DNA of 47,985 bases from an uncultured Oscillospiraceae bacterium (GCA_900552845.1 USBC01000001.1:1-47985), one strand, 5' to 3'. Numbered from the stretch's first letter, positions 8,191 through 19,214 are shown. Made by a program: numbers and translations. The notes: generated by a model from the letters alone, not told the origin.

Positions 8191-9492
8191 TTACTTTCTT
8201 ATCATCTGCTTGCCCATCTGGTTATAGGCGACCAGATGGCGCTTGGCAGGACAGACATAGGCACAGCAGCCGCATTCCATGCACAGATTAACCTTCAATG
8301 CCTTCAGTGCCTCAACGTTCTCGGCATGATAGGCACGGTCCAATGCTGCTGGGCTCAAGCTCAGCGGGCAGGCACGCAGGCAGCGTCCGCAGCGAATACA
8401 GGCAGTCTCTGCCGCCATTTTCGCTTCTTTTTCGTTAAAGACCAAAAGTCCGTTGTTGTTCTTGTGGATAACCGCCTGATCGTCCTGGCAGGAGGTACCC
8501 ATCATGGGACCACCCAGAATGATCTCGGCAGGCTCGCCCTTGTAGCCGCCGCAGAAGTTGATGATGTCCTCCAGCTTGGCACCGATGGGAACCCATACAT
8601 TCTTCGGCTCCGCCACTGCGCCGCCGTCTACCGTTACCAACCGGCTTACCAACGGCATACCGGTCTTGACATACTCCGCCAGCTTGATGATTGTACCGAC
8701 ATTCATCACCAGTACGCCCACATCGCCGGGCAGCTTGCCCTCGGGGATCACACGACCGGTCGCCTCATAAACGATAACCTTTTCAGCGCCCTGCGGATAA
8801 CGGGATTTCAGCTCCAGCACCTCCAGCTTACTGCCGGCTGCCGCAGCGTCCGCTTTAATCTTCTCGATCGCCTTTGGCTTATTGTTTTCTATGCCGATCA
8901 CCGCACGCCCGTTCGGCATATGGCGCAGCAACAAGCTAACGCCCTCCAGCAACAGGTCGGTTTTTTCCATCATAATGCGATAATCGCAGGTAAGATAAGG
9001 CTCACACTCGGCACCGTTGATAACAAGGGTGTCAATTGCTGCGGTCTTCAGCCCAGTCAGCTTGACGCCGGTGGGGAAGCCTGCGCCGCCCAGGCCCATC
9101 AGTCCGCAGGCGCGTGCCGCCTTCAAAACATCTTCCAGCTCATCACCGATGACGGGCGGAGCCAGGGTCTCATCGACCGTCTGCTCGCCGTCGGTAGTAA
9201 TGATAACCGCCTCGTTTTTGGCACCGCGCGCATTATAGATGTGCTCGATTGCCTTTACCTTGCCCGATACGCTGGAATGTATCGGTGCCGAAACCGCTGC
9301 TTCACTGTCGCCGATAAGCTGACCGACCTTAACGGTATCGCCAACTTTTACAACAGGCGTGCAGGGGGCGCCGATGTGCTGAGACATGGAAATCGTGACC
9401 TCCGCCGGTACCGGCATGATCACGCTTTCCAACTCGGCTGTGTTCTTATGGTGCTCCACATGAATACTGGGAAGCGAATGGAACATAGCCAC
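8191..9492 (-). CDS. rnfC: Rnf complex subunit C
   Basis: QHIGAP, GLGGAGFPT, NGAECEPYLTCD, two 4Fe-4S motifs. RBS AGGAGG 7 nt before GTG. Confidence 0.95.
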   Translation of the reverse strand: MAMFHSLPSIHVEHHKNTAELESVIMPVPAEVTISMSQHIGAPCTPVVKVGDTVKVGQLIGDSEAAVSAPIHSSVSGKVKAIEHIYNARGAKNEAVIITTDGEQTVDETLAPPVIGDELEDVLKAARACGLMGLGGAGFPTGVKLTGLKTAAIDTLVINGAECEPYLTCDYRIMMEKTDLLLEGVSLLLRHMPNGRAVIGIENNKPKAIEKIKADAAAAGSKLEVLELKSRYPQGAEKVIVYEATGRVIPEGKLPGDVGVLVMNVGTIIKLAEYVKTGMPLVSRLVTVDGGAVAEPKNVWVPIGAKLEDIINFCGGYKGEPAEIILGGPMMGTSCQDDQAVIHKNNNGLLVFNEKEAKMAAETACIRCGRCLRACPLSLSPAALDRAYHAENVEALKALKVNLCMECGCCAYVCPAKRHLVAYNQMGKQMIRK

Positions 9493-9512
9493 AGGTATCC
9501 CTCCTAATCTTT

Positions 9513-10037
9513 TTATTTCAAGTTTAAGCGGTTCAGGTAAGGCAGCACTACCCGCAGCGCCATACCGGTAATAGCGCCCATCAGCAGTCCTGCCGCCAGA
9601 AGAACCGGAAAGTAATACCAGACATACTGGTTATTGATGATAAAACGTGCCATAACAAGCTGACCGATATTGTGTGCCGCCCCGCCGAACACGCTAAGCA
9701 AGAGATACTGTTCTTTTATCCCCGGCAAAAGGGAGAGCAGCAGCATAATCGTCACTGAGAAAACTCCGCCCGCTGCACTCATTGCGGCAGCCACCGCCCC
9801 GCGGGTCAGCAATACAAACAGTGCCTTCAATATGGCAATTGTGAACCCGCTTACCGGCCCCAGTACAAACAGCGCATACATGGTCACGATATTGGAAAGC
9901 CCCAACCGGATCCCCGGCGGCAGCATAGGCAGGGCAGGCAGCAGCGACTCCAAAAAGCTGAGAGCCATCGCCAACGCAAACAGCAGCCCCATCAGTGCCA
10001 ATCGTTTCACTTTTCGGCTGCGGTTCTGTGCTGCCAT
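9513..10037 (-). CDS. Gx transporter family membrane protein (often annotated heptaprenyl diphosphate synthase component I)
   Basis: LSFLESLLP...PGIRLGLSNIV and AAHNIGQL; hydrophobic; 20 bp upstream of rnfC. Confidence 0.8.
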   Translation of the reverse strand: MAAQNRSRKVKRLALMGLLFALAMALSFLESLLPALPMLPPGIRLGLSNIVTMYALFVLGPVSGFTIAILKALFVLLTRGAVAAAMSAAGGVFSVTIMLLLSLLPGIKEQYLLLSVFGGAAHNIGQLVMARFIINNQYVWYYFPVLLAAGLLMGAITGMALRVVLPYLNRLNLK

Positions 10038-10172
10038 GCGTTCCTCCTCATTCGGTCACCCTATTATTTTAGATGCCTTTCTCTGCTTTTTCAAGCATTC
10101 AATGGTTTTTTCAGCATTTTTAATTATAAAAGAATAGCATCTTCGTTATACGCACCGTTTACAAATCCTACT

Positions 10173-10217
10173 GAAAAGACTGGTGAAGCAGAATGTCTTC
10201 TGCCTTCACCAGTCTCC
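10173..10217 (-). terminator. Terminator after the efp-CD1247 unit
   Basis: Stem AGACTGGTGAAG...CTTCACCAGTCT followed by T residues on the minus strand. Confidence 0.65.
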
Positions 10218-10237
10218 GGTCGGCTTTTTCAGCCGGA

Positions 10238-10714
10238 TCAATCCATGTCGCAGCCGGTGCAGCCTTCGCAGTCGCCTTCGCAGTCCAAGTCGTCTAAGTC
10301 AAACTCCAGCTTCTCGCCGCAGTTGGGGCAGTCGATCTCCCCCTCACACAGCATGCTTTCGTCAACGCAGATCGTATCGCCGCAGGTGGGACATTTCACT
10401 TCGTACAGAGGCTCGTCCTCGTCGTCAAACTCATCATAGTCATCTAAACCATAATCGTCGTCATCATCGAAGGAATCATGGCACTCATCATCGTCCTCGT
10501 ACAGGGCATCTTCTACGTCCTGCAGATCATCATCGATCGCATCAACGACCTCGCCCAACTCCTCTACCGCTTCTTCCAAATCGGTAACGGAGAGCGCCAG
10601 ATCGTCCAGCACCTCGATCACATTCAGCAGGACTTTGCCCTCAGCGGTGGTGTCGGTCAGCTTCAGACCGTCAGCCAAGCCACGCAGATATGCAACTTTT
10701 TCAATAACAGTCAT
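10238..10714 (-). CDS. CD1247 N-terminal domain protein with an acidic linker and zinc ribbon
   Basis: EKVAYLRGLADGL N-terminus, CPTC...CPNC ribbon; typical neighbour downstream of efp in Clostridia. Confidence 0.85.
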   Translation of the reverse strand: MTVIEKVAYLRGLADGLKLTDTTAEGKVLLNVIEVLDDLALSVTDLEEAVEELGEVVDAIDDDLQDVEDALYEDDDECHDSFDDDDDYGLDDYDEFDDEDEPLYEVKCPTCGDTICVDESMLCEGEIDCPNCGEKLEFDLDDLDCEGDCEGCTGCDMD

Positions 10715-10769
10715 TTTAGTACCTCCCTATTCATTTGGGGTCATCGCAATGACAAAACGGAAAGGAGCG

Positions 10770-11327
10770 TTACGCTCTTTCCATGTACTCACCGGTTCTG
10801 GTGTCCACACGGATCATATCGCCCTCATTAATGAACAGAGGAACCTTGATCTCTGCGCCGGTTTCCAGCGTTGCGGGCTTCAGGGTATTGGTGGCGGTAT
10901 TGCCGGCAAAGCCGGGGTCGGTCTTGGTGACCTCCAGTTCCATAAAGAAAGGAGGCTCTACACCGAACACGCTGCCTTTGTAGGAAAGGATCTTGCAAAC
11001 GGTGTTCTCTTTGACAAACTTAAAGTTGTCGCCCAATACGTCCTTGCTGATCGGAACATTCTCATAGGTCTCCTGATCCATGAAATAGTACAGATCGCCA
11101 TCGGAATACAGATATTCCATATCCTTTCTCTCGATGTAGGCGGTCGGATACTTATCAGAGGGATTAAAGGTGCGCTCGGTCACAGCACCGGTGATCACGT
11201 TGCGGATCTTGGTGCGGACAAAAGCAGCGCCCTTGCCGGGTTTAACATGCTGGAACTCAATGATCTGATAGACGTTGCCGTCCATATCGAAGGTCACGCC
11301 GTTCCGGAAATCGCCTGCACTTACCAT
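10770..11327 (-). CDS. efp: Elongation factor P
   Basis: [16 protein letters not shown] and [12 protein letters not shown]. Confidence 0.98.
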   Translation of the reverse strand: MVSAGDFRNGVTFDMDGNVYQIIEFQHVKPGKGAAFVRTKIRNVITGAVTERTFNPSDKYPTAYIERKDMEYLYSDGDLYYFMDQETYENVPISKDVLGDNFKFVKENTVCKILSYKGSVFGVEPPFFMELEVTKTDPGFAGNTATNTLKPATLETGAEIKVPLFINEGDMIRVDTRTGEYMERA

Positions 11328-11409
11328 AATACAAAAACCTCCAAGGATATAATATACGGATTTAACTATCTGATTTTAACATATAATAGCGGTTGATTGC
11401 AAGTGGTTT

Positions 11410-12483
11410 TCACAGGATAATCAATTCTTTGGGGCTGTTTGTCAAATCTTTTGTGCCGTCCGGCGCGATCCAAACCATATCCTCGATGCGCACGCCAAAC
11501 CGTCCTTCCAGATAAATGCCCGGCTCCACAGTAATGACCATGCCCTGACGGCAGGTGATCCCCGGATCAGCGGCAGGCGTAAAGCCCGGCGTCTCATGGA
11601 TCTCAATTCCGACAGAATGACCCAAGCTGTGCCCGAAGCAGCCCTCGTAGCCGGCATTATAGATCAAGTCGCGGGCAGCGGCGTCCACTGCGCGGCAGGA
11701 GGCACCCTCCACAGCCTTTTCGATACCGAGAAGCTGGGCGGCAAGCACGGTATCATACACCTTACGCATCTCGTCAGTCGGCTCACCAATCGCGATGGTG
11801 CGGGTCATGTCGGAGCAGTAGCCGTCCCACAGAGCGCCGTAATCCATTGTGAAAAAGTCACCCTGCTGCAAAGGGCGGTCACCCGGCACGGCATGCGGCT
11901 TGGCGGAGTTGGGCCCACCGGCGGCAATAGTCTCAAACGCCAGACCATCAGCACCCAGACGACGCATGCAGTATTCCAGATATGCGGCGATCTCTTTTTC
12001 AGTTTTACCCGGCTTGATAAAATCGAGGATCTCCCGGAAAGCGGCATCGGTAATTCCCTGCGCCTTGCGGATTGCAGCGATCTCATACTCGTCTTTCAGA
12101 GAACGCATCTCCAGGATTTTATCGTTCAGGGCAGCATCGGTCGAAAAGTCATATTCCGGCAGTCTTTTGCGGTATACCTCCAGCGCGCCGACCGTCACAT
12201 AGCCGGTTTCAATTGCGACGGTTTTCGCACCGTGCTTTTTCAGCAGCGCACCGATCTGTTCATACAGCTTGTCCTGCAGAATAACCTCTGCACCGGTCAC
12301 GGTTGCCTTGGCAATCTCGATATAGCGGAAATCAATAATGAAATAGGCGGCGTCCCGGAATGTCACCAGTGTGCCGTCAGAGGCACCCAATCCGGTAAAA
12401 TAGCGGCGGTTCACCTCGGAGGTGATCAATGCGGCGTCGGCGCCATCCGGCAGCGCCTTCATCAGCTTTTCAATACGGTTCAT
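11410..12483 (-). CDS. Xaa-Pro aminopeptidase (M24)
   Basis: GYCSDMTRT, FGHSLGHSVGIEIHE, EPGIYLEGRFGVRIED. ATG overlaps the upstream stop. Confidence 0.92.
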   Translation of the reverse strand: MNRIEKLMKALPDGADAALITSEVNRRYFTGLGASDGTLVTFRDAAYFIIDFRYIEIAKATVTGAEVILQDKLYEQIGALLKKHGAKTVAIETGYVTVGALEVYRKRLPEYDFSTDAALNDKILEMRSLKDEYEIAAIRKAQGITDAAFREILDFIKPGKTEKEIAAYLEYCMRRLGADGLAFETIAAGGPNSAKPHAVPGDRPLQQGDFFTMDYGALWDGYCSDMTRTIAIGEPTDEMRKVYDTVLAAQLLGIEKAVEGASCRAVDAAARDLIYNAGYEGCFGHSLGHSVGIEIHETPGFTPAADPGITCRQGMVITVEPGIYLEGRFGVRIEDMVWIAPDGTKDLTNSPKELIIL

Positions 12484-13349
12484 GCTTGCTTCTTCCTTTC
12501 TTCTGCTTCTTTGTATAGGTCGCGCATCGTTGCGGCGTCCTCCGCCTGAGTCCCTGCCGATTCGCAAATGATGGTGGGCCGGCTGTCATACTTCACCAGC
12601 ACCTCCGCCAGCGGCGCAAAATACGGACCGTAGGTGGTATCGGCAAAGGTCAGGTGGCGTTTTTCTCCGCCGTTATCGGTGTACTCTATCTGAGAAAAAT
12701 GAGAATGGAAGCACTTCATGCGCTGCTCCCCTATCTCATTTCTCATCGTCAACAAAATACGCTCATAGTCCTCCGCTCCGCGGATACTTCCCAGCGTGCG
12801 GGCATTCAAATGCCCAAAATCAACACAGGGCAACAGGCGGTCGTCCAGCTTGCACAGCTCCATGACCTCCTCCAGCGTGCCCAGCTGGTTAAACTTGCCC
12901 ATAACTTCCGGACATACAATAATATGTCCCAGATGTGCCTCATCCAGCGCTGTCAACGCCCGCTTCATGGTGTCCTTAGCAAGCGAAAGCGCCTCCTCCC
13001 TGCTGATCTTGGCACAGGAGCCGGAATGGACGACAATGCGCCGCGCCCCCATCAGGTCGGCGGCTTCGGCGGATTCCATAATGTATTTGATGCTGTTCAG
13101 CCGTTTTTCCTCCTCCACGCCGGAAAGAGAAATATAGTACGGTGCGTGCAGCGAAAGCTGAATATCCCGCGCCTCGCAGCCCGCTTTCAGCTTCAGCACA
13201 CTTTCGCGGTTGATGCGAACCCCACGCCCACACTGGTACTCATAGGCGTTCAGCCCCATCTTTTCCAGATACTCCGGTATCTGCGGGGTGGATTTGTACC
13301 CCATTGCGGTAAAGCTCTCGGCATTACCGGCAGGGCCTATTCTTATCAT
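12480..13349 (-). CDS. Endonuclease IV-like TIM-barrel protein (AP endonuclease family 2)
   Basis: IRIGPAG, LSLHAPYYISL, EVMGK, DFGHLNAR, HSHFS, GEKRH, IICES. Confidence 0.85.
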   Translation of the reverse strand: MIRIGPAGNAESFTAMGYKSTPQIPEYLEKMGLNAYEYQCGRGVRINRESVLKLKAGCEARDIQLSLHAPYYISLSGVEEEKRLNSIKYIMESAEAADLMGARRIVVHSGSCAKISREEALSLAKDTMKRALTALDEAHLGHIIVCPEVMGKFNQLGTLEEVMELCKLDDRLLPCVDFGHLNARTLGSIRGAEDYERILLTMRNEIGEQRMKCFHSHFSQIEYTDNGGEKRHLTFADTTYGPYFAPLAEVLVKYDSRPTIICESAGTQAEDAATMRDLYKEAEERKKQA

Positions 13350-13855
13350 TTGGTCTCCCTCCTTTTCCTGCGATGGTAACGCCGCAGCAGCGGCTTTTCC
13401 AAGGGGCGCTTGATGCGGTACAGTCCGTACCCCTCCTCCGCATACGGCTCCACCAGTATGGTCATGCAGCCACACAGGTTGCCGCACAGAATATCGGTAA
13501 AAAGCTGATCGCCAATCAATGCAGTCTGCTGCGGACTAACGCCGAATTCCTTCATTTTGGCAAGCGCCACCTTCTTTTTCGGCTTAGCGGCATCGGCAAT
13601 ATAGCCCAGCCCCAATCGGTTGGCAAAGGGCGCCACCCGCAGCTCGTGGTTATTGGAGATAACAAACAGGCGAAGTCCCGCCTGCCGCTGCCGATCCAGC
13701 CATTCCATCACCTCCGGCTTTATTTCCTGACTGTTGTCGCCGGTCAGTGTGTTATCTACATCCAGCAGCAGTGCGCGGATACCGTGCTGTGTAAAAAAAT
13801 CTGTCGGGATCTCCTCGATCCGGTGAAAATCGTACTGTGGGGTCAAAAGCGGCAA
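13346..13855 (-). CDS. yqeG: YqeG family HAD IIIA phosphatase
   Basis: LLDVDNTL, ISNN, AAKP, IGDQLFTDI; TTG start. Confidence 0.9.
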   Translation of the reverse strand: MPLLTPQYDFHRIEEIPTDFFTQHGIRALLLDVDNTLTGDNSQEIKPEVMEWLDRQRQAGLRLFVISNNHELRVAPFANRLGLGYIADAAKPKKKVALAKMKEFGVSPQQTALIGDQLFTDILCGNLCGCMTILVEPYAEEGYGLYRIKRPLEKPLLRRYHRRKRRETK

Positions 13856-13950
13856 GGGGTCACGCTCCTTTTTTGAGGTATTCCGGCACTATTATAGCAA
13901 CATGGCGGCATAAAATAAAGTCCCAAATAAAAAAGTATATGCGCTAAATG

Positions 13951-13986
13951 GAAAAGGCAGACGGGGGAAACCCATCTGCCTTTGTT
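13951..13986 (-). terminator. Terminator after rpsU
   Basis: AAAGGCAGA...TCTGCCTTT inverted repeat. Confidence 0.65.
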
Positions 13987-14008
13987 CCGGTTGCAATAAA
14001 GATCAAGA

Positions 14009-14185
14009 TTACTTGTACTTGCGCTTACGAGCAGCCTCGGACTTTTTCTTGCGCTTAACGGAAGGTTTCTCATAATGCTCGCGCTTGCGGACTTCCGCCA
14101 AAACACCAGATCTGGCGCAGGAACGCTTAAACCGTCTGAGAGCACTATCCAGCGACTCGTTATCTTTTACTCTGATCTCTGCCAT
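14009..14185 (-). CDS. rpsU: 30S ribosomal protein S21
   Basis: Manual translation [58 protein letters not shown] (58 aa, below the ORF-track cutoff); RBS GGAGG. Confidence 0.97.
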   Translation of the reverse strand: MAEIRVKDNESLDSALRRFKRSCARSGVLAEVRKREHYEKPSVKRKKKSEAARKRKYK

Positions 14186-14246
14186 TTACTATTCCCTCCC
14201 TACGCCTACGGCTGGAGTTATATCCTAATAACAGGATAACACATAG

Positions 14247-14276
14247 ATTATACAATATCGCAATTTACTATGTCAA
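14247..14276 (-). promoter_or_regulatory. Sigma-A promoter of rpsU
   Basis: TTGACA-18 bp-TATAAT. Confidence 0.75.
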
Positions 14277-14317
14277 GAGATTTTTATTGAGCGAAACTCT
14301 ACAGCATGATTATCCGC

Positions 14318-16723
14318 TTATTTCGCCACGATATTGTAGAGCTTCCCCTTAACATAGATTTCTTTGAGAACGGTCTTGCCCTCCAATGCCGCTTTGACGC
14401 TGTCATTTGCCATCACCAAAGACTTCACCGATTCCTCGGTACTATCTGAGGGGATCATCAGACGTGCCTTGATCTTGCCGCTTACCTGCACCGCGATCTC
14501 CACATCGGCGTCCACGCACTTGGCAGGGTCATATTCGGGCCACTTCGTCTTCGCCAGCATCTCCTTGCCGCCGATGGCTTCATTGATCTCCTCGGTAATA
14601 TGCGGTGCAAAGGGATTGAGCAGGGTGATGAAGGTCATCAGCTCTCCGCGGGTCACGCTGCCCTTATCATAGATCTCATTCAGCACACTCATCATTGCGG
14701 CGATGGCGGTATTGCACTTCAGCCCCTCGATATCCTCGCTGACCTTCTTGATCAGCTTATGGAAGCTGCCCTCCAGTTCTGCGGAATAGCCGTCCTCCTG
14801 CGTCATCATGTCGGTCAATGCTGCCACTCGCTCCAGGAATCGCTTACTGCCTTTGATGGACGAGGTGTTCCACGGCGCAGTCTTTTCAAAGTCGCCGATG
14901 AACATTTCGTACATTCTCAGGGTATCAGCACCGTACTGGGCGATAACGTCATCAGGATTGACGACATTGCCGCGGGATTTACTCATCTTCTCACCGTTTT
15001 CGCCCAGTATCATACCGTGGCTGGTACGCTTGGCATACGGCTCCTTGCAGGAGACCACGCCGATATCATACAGGAACTTGTGCCAGAAGCGAGAATACAG
15101 AAGATGCAATGTGGTGTGCTCCATACCGCCGTTATACCAGTCTACCGGCATCCAGTAGTCCAGCGCCTCCTTGGCAGCCAGTGCATTGGCATTGTGCGGG
15201 TCACAGTAGCGCAGGAAATACCACGAGGAGCCCGCCCACTGGGGCATTGTATCGGTCTCCCGCTCGGCAGGTCCGCCGCAGCAGGGACAGGTGGTTTTTA
15301 CCCAGTCAGTCAGCTTTGCCAGCGGGGATTCCCCGTTATCGGTCGGCTCATAGCTTTCCACCTCCGGCAGGCGCAGCGGCAGCTCGCTTTCGGGAATCGC
15401 CACCCAGCCGCACTTGGGGCAGTTCACCAGCGGGATCGGCTCGCCCCAATAGCGCTGCCGAGAGAACACCCAGTCGCGCAGCTTGTAGTTCACCTTTGTC
15501 TCGCCCTTCTTCTGCTCCTCCAGCCACTTAACGATGGCTTTCTTGGCATCTTCCACGGTCATGCCGTCCAAAAATCCGGAGTTGACCATGATGCCGGTGG
15601 CGCAGTCGGTAAAGGCTTCCTTTTCCACATCGCCGCCCTTTACCACCTCAATGATAGGCAGTCCGAATTTCTTGGCAAACTCCCAGTCACGGGTATCATG
15701 TCCGGGTACCGCCATAATAGCGCCGGTACCGTAGCTCATCAAAACATAATCCGAAATGAAGATGGGAATCTCCTTGCCATTGACAGGGTTGATGGCGGCA
15801 ACGCCAGCCAGCCGCACACCGGTCTTGTCCTTTGCCATCTCGGTGCGTTCAAAGTCGGACTTGCGGGCGGAGACCTCCTGATAGGTACGGATCTCCTCCA
15901 TATTTCCGATGCGGTCAGCCCACTTTTCAATATAGGGGTGCTCCGGCGACATAACCATGTAGGTTGCGCCAAATAGCGTATCGGGGCGGGTGGTGTAGAT
16001 TTTCAGCTTATCGCCGCCGGTGGTATCAAACTCCACCTCGGCGCCGGTGGAACGTCCGATCCAGTTGATCTGGGAGGTTTTAACGCGTTCCAGATAGTTC
16101 ACATCGGAAAGGTCATCAATAAGCCGCTGTGCATAGGCGGTGATCTTCAGCATCCACTGGCTCTTTACCTTGTGAATGACCTCACTGCCACAGCGCTCGC
16201 ACACGCCGTTTACCACTTCCTCGTTTGCCAGCACGCACTTGCAGCTGGTACACCAGTTAACGGACATTTCCTTCTTATATGCCAGACCTTTTTTGAAAAG
16301 CTGCAGGAAGATCCACTGGGTCCACTTGTAGTAGGCAGGGTCGGTGGTATTCACTTCCCGGTCCCAATCGAAGGAAAGTCCCAAACTTTGCAGCTGCGCC
16401 TTAAAGTGCGCCACATTCTGCGCCGTTACGATCTCCGGGTGGATGTGGTTCTTGATGGCAAAATTCTCGGTGGGCAAGCCGAAGGCGTCCCAGCCCATGG
16501 GATACAGCACATTATAGCCTTGCATACGGCGTTTTCTTGCCACAATATCCAAGGCGGTGTAGGAACGCGGGTGTCCCACGTGCAGTCCCTGACCGGAGGG
16601 GTACGGAAACTCCACCAGCGCATAATACTTCGGCTTGGTATAGTCATTTTCGGCATGGAATACATGAGATTCCGCCCACTTCTTTTGCCATTTCGGTTCA
16701 ATTTCCTTAAATTCGTGTTTCAA
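14318..16723 (-). CDS. leuS: Leucine--tRNA ligase
   Basis: [13 protein letters not shown] (HIGH), KMSKS and CP1 editing motif TTRPDT. TTG start after RBS GGAGG. Confidence 0.97.
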   Translation of the reverse strand: MKHEFKEIEPKWQKKWAESHVFHAENDYTKPKYYALVEFPYPSGQGLHVGHPRSYTALDIVARKRRMQGYNVLYPMGWDAFGLPTENFAIKNHIHPEIVTAQNVAHFKAQLQSLGLSFDWDREVNTTDPAYYKWTQWIFLQLFKKGLAYKKEMSVNWCTSCKCVLANEEVVNGVCERCGSEVIHKVKSQWMLKITAYAQRLIDDLSDVNYLERVKTSQINWIGRSTGAEVEFDTTGGDKLKIYTTRPDTLFGATYMVMSPEHPYIEKWADRIGNMEEIRTYQEVSARKSDFERTEMAKDKTGVRLAGVAAINPVNGKEIPIFISDYVLMSYGTGAIMAVPGHDTRDWEFAKKFGLPIIEVVKGGDVEKEAFTDCATGIMVNSGFLDGMTVEDAKKAIVKWLEEQKKGETKVNYKLRDWVFSRQRYWGEPIPLVNCPKCGWVAIPESELPLRLPEVESYEPTDNGESPLAKLTDWVKTTCPCCGGPAERETDTMPQWAGSSWYFLRYCDPHNANALAAKEALDYWMPVDWYNGGMEHTTLHLLYSRFWHKFLYDIGVVSCKEPYAKRTSHGMILGENGEKMSKSRGNVVNPDDVIAQYGADTLRMYEMFIGDFEKTAPWNTSSIKGSKRFLERVAALTDMMTQEDGYSAELEGSFHKLIKKVSEDIEGLKCNTAIAAMMSVLNEIYDKGSVTRGELMTFITLLNPFAPHITEEINEAIGGKEMLAKTKWPEYDPAKCVDADVEIAVQVSGKIKARLMIPSDSTEESVKSLVMANDSVKAALEGKTVLKEIYVKGKLYNIVAK

Positions 16724-16773
16724 CGGTCTGTCCTCCCTGCCTCGTTCGGCTTTTTTTATCAAGTTTATGGCTG

Positions 16774-17133
16774 TTATTTTGCTTCGTCAATCAGATCCAG
16801 CGGCACACGGGGCGCATCTGCCCACACACGGTCAATGCTGTAAAAATTGCGGGTCTCGGCATAGAAGATATGCACAATGACATCACGGTAATCCATCAGG
16901 ATCCACTGGGCGGAGCTTCGTCCCTCGATGCGCTTTGGCTCGATGCCCTGCCGCCCCAAATAGTCGTCCAGATCCTCGCACAGCGATTTGACCAGCGTGG
17001 TATTACCGGCAGTCGCCACTACAAAATAATCTCCGATGGTCGTCAGCTCCCCGATCTGAATTACCTCCAGATCTGTCGCTTTCTTGCTGTCCAAAAATTT
17101 TGCGATAGAAAGAGCAAGTTCCTTGGAATTCAT
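16774..17133 (-). CDS. rsfS: Ribosome silencing factor
   Basis: LDSKKA...DYFVVATA and [14 protein letters not shown]...[10 protein letters not shown]. Confidence 0.95.
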   Translation of the reverse strand: MNSKELALSIAKFLDSKKATDLEVIQIGELTTIGDYFVVATAGNTTLVKSLCEDLDDYLGRQGIEPKRIEGRSSAQWILMDYRDVIVHIFYAETRNFYSIDRVWADAPRVPLDLIDEAK

Positions 17134-17705
17134 ACTTTTTCCTCCTTGCAGATTTTAACAAATTCGTTGTATGCCTGCCAGCTCTCGCAGCAGACAGCGC
17201 ATTTTTTACGGATCAGCCTGCCGATGGTATAGCACAGTGCATACAGCATTGCTCCGTCCAGAGATTGCTCTGTCCGGCGTCTCATTTCCTCCACATCTGG
17301 GTAGTGCCGCCCCTCCTCGGTCAGATCCGCCAGATACACGATCTTCTCCAGCCGGCTCATGCCGGCGCGCGCCACAGTATGATACCGCACCGCATTTTCA
17401 ATGTCCTTATCGTGCACCCCGTAGCGTCCCAGTATCTCCGCCGCAGCAAAGCCATGGATCAACTGCGGCTGCTCCCGAAAATCAATATCGGTCATTATAG
17501 CACTTTGCCTCATGATTTGCAACGTTTCCTCCAGAGGCATTTCCTTGCAGCAATCGTGCAGGATTCCGGCAACTGCCGCCTTTTCGGGGTCTTCTCCCCA
17601 ACGGCGTGCCAGACGCTCAGCCTCCCGCTCCACCCCCAGGGAGTGCCGGTAGCGTTCCTCGCTCATCAGTGGGCGGATTGCCCTGCGCATTTCTTCACGA
17701 GTCAT
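17130..17705 (-). CDS. yqeK: YqeK HD-domain Ap4A hydrolase
   Basis: RYRHSLGV, GILHDCCK, YHT, YLADLTE; follows nadD. Confidence 0.92.
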   Translation of the reverse strand: MTREEMRRAIRPLMSEERYRHSLGVEREAERLARRWGEDPEKAAVAGILHDCCKEMPLEETLQIMRQSAIMTDIDFREQPQLIHGFAAAEILGRYGVHDKDIENAVRYHTVARAGMSRLEKIVYLADLTEEGRHYPDVEEMRRRTEQSLDGAMLYALCYTIGRLIRKKCAVCCESWQAYNEFVKICKEEKV

Positions 17706-18309
17706 GGCGCTCCCCCTTATACAGTCCATGGGCGGCGATATATTCCTCTACTGCGGGGGGCAGTTCATCGCAATGCTCTCCGGCATGCAGCTTTTCACGT
17801 ATTTCGGTGGAGGAAACCACCCGCACCGCATTATCCAGAAAGATAGTCAGGACGCCTTCTCTTGCCAGCAGGCGTGCGGCGCGGTACAGCGCCTCTTTAT
17901 CGTCCGGCTCCCGGCTGGCAACCGCCAGCGTACACATTCTGCCCAAAGCCCGCCATTCCCGCCACGCAGTAAATGTCAGGTAGTTATCCGTCCCCATGAC
18001 GAGATAAAAATCGTCCTTCGGATACATCTCCCGCATGTGCCTCAAGGTGTCAATGGAATAGCTGACACCGCCGCAGGTCAGTTCATAATCGTCTGCTATG
18101 GCGCCCTGCAGCTCCCTCACTGCCAAACGGCACATTTCCAGCCTATCCTCCCCTGCCGCCAAATCCGGGGTCGCCTTGTGCGGTGGGATAAAGGTCGGAA
18201 TCACATGCAGGCAGTCCAGACGAAGCTGCTTGATTGCCTGACGGCACACCTCCACATGACCCATGTGGATCGGGTTAAAGGTACCGCCGTAAAAACCGAT
18301 TCTTGCCAC
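17695..18309 (-). CDS. nadD: Nicotinate-nucleotide adenylyltransferase
   Basis: GGTFNPIHMGH, PPHK, SSTEIR. Confidence 0.95.
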   Translation of the reverse strand: MARIGFYGGTFNPIHMGHVEVCRQAIKQLRLDCLHVIPTFIPPHKATPDLAAGEDRLEMCRLAVRELQGAIADDYELTCGGVSYSIDTLRHMREMYPKDDFYLVMGTDNYLTFTAWREWRALGRMCTLAVASREPDDKEALYRAARLLAREGVLTIFLDNAVRVVSSTEIREKLHAGEHCDELPPAVEEYIAAHGLYKGERHDS

Positions 18310-18324
18310 TTCTCTCTCCTCCCG

Positions 18325-18615
18325 TTACCGCAGCTCAATGATGGTCTTTTCGGGATTTTTGCGGTATAGTGTCACCTTGCGTCCCACAACCTGCACCACT
18401 TCGGCGCCGGTTGCTTCCGCCAGGATTGCCGCCATCTCCCTGGGAGATTCCGGTGCGGTCTCCAGCACCGTCAGCTTGATCAGTTCACGGGCAGTCAATG
18501 CATCGTCCACCTGCTTTTGCAGGGTATCTCCCATGCCGTTTTTTCCCACCTGCAGAATTGCCTCCACGGTGTTGGCATAGGAGCGCAGCTTAGCTCTTGT
18601 TTTGGAATCCATCAT
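18325..18615 (-). CDS. yhbY: YhbY RNA-binding (CRM domain) protein
   Basis: RAKLRSYA...QVGKNG...ALTARELIK...VQVVG. Confidence 0.93.
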   Translation of the reverse strand: MMDSKTRAKLRSYANTVEAILQVGKNGMGDTLQKQVDDALTARELIKLTVLETAPESPREMAAILAEATGAEVVQVVGRKVTLYRKNPEKTIIELR

Positions 18616-18620
18616 ATTGT

Positions 18621-19214
18621 TTATTCTCCTTCTTTTCTGTCCTTCATCTTCTTATACAGCGCCGTCAGCGCACGTCCGCGGTGACTGATAGCGTCCTTGG
18701 CGGGACCGTCCAGCTCTGCAAAGCTGTGTTCTCCCACCATAAACAAGGGGTCATAGCCAAATCCGTTCTCTCCGTGCAGCCGATGGGCAATGGTTCCCTC
18801 GCAGGTACCCTCACACTGAACAATATCATCTTCTCCGAACACGACGCAGATAGCACAGACAAACCGTGCCGTGCGCTTTTCATCGGGGACATTTTCCATC
18901 TCCCGCAGGAGCTTTTCGTTGTTATCAGCGGAATTGTGCCCTTCGCCGGCATAGCGGGCGGAATATACCCCAGGCGCTCCGTCCAGCGCATCAACGCACA
19001 AGCCGGAGTCATCTGCTACAGTGGGCAGTCCGGTCACACGGTAGATCCCCATTGCCTTGAGATAGGCGTTTTCGGCAAAGGTCGTGCCGGTTTCCTCAAT
19101 TTCAAGGTCCGGACAAATTGTGTCCTGCGGCAGGATCTCCCACCCCAACGGCAAAAGGATCCGGCGGAACTCCTCCACCTTGTGCTTATTTTTACTTGCC
19201 AGTATCAGCTTCAT
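18621..19214 (-). CDS. rdgB: dITP/XTP pyrophosphatase (RdgB/HAM1)
   Basis: ASKNKHK, ADDSGL, PGVYSARY, GFGYDP, ISHRG. Confidence 0.95.
   Translation of the reverse strand: MKLILASKNKHKVEEFRRILLPLGWEILPQDTICPDLEIEETGTTFAENAYLKAMGIYRVTGLPTVADDSGLCVDALDGAPGVYSARYAGEGHNSADNNEKLLREMENVPDEKRTARFVCAICVVFGEDDIVQCEGTCEGTIAHRLHGENGFGYDPLFMVGEHSFAELDGPAKDAISHRGRALTALYKKMKDRKEGE

Noticed and set aside
13843..14145. 100-aa minus-strand ORF
   Set aside because: Alternative frame over rpsU, which is the real gene.
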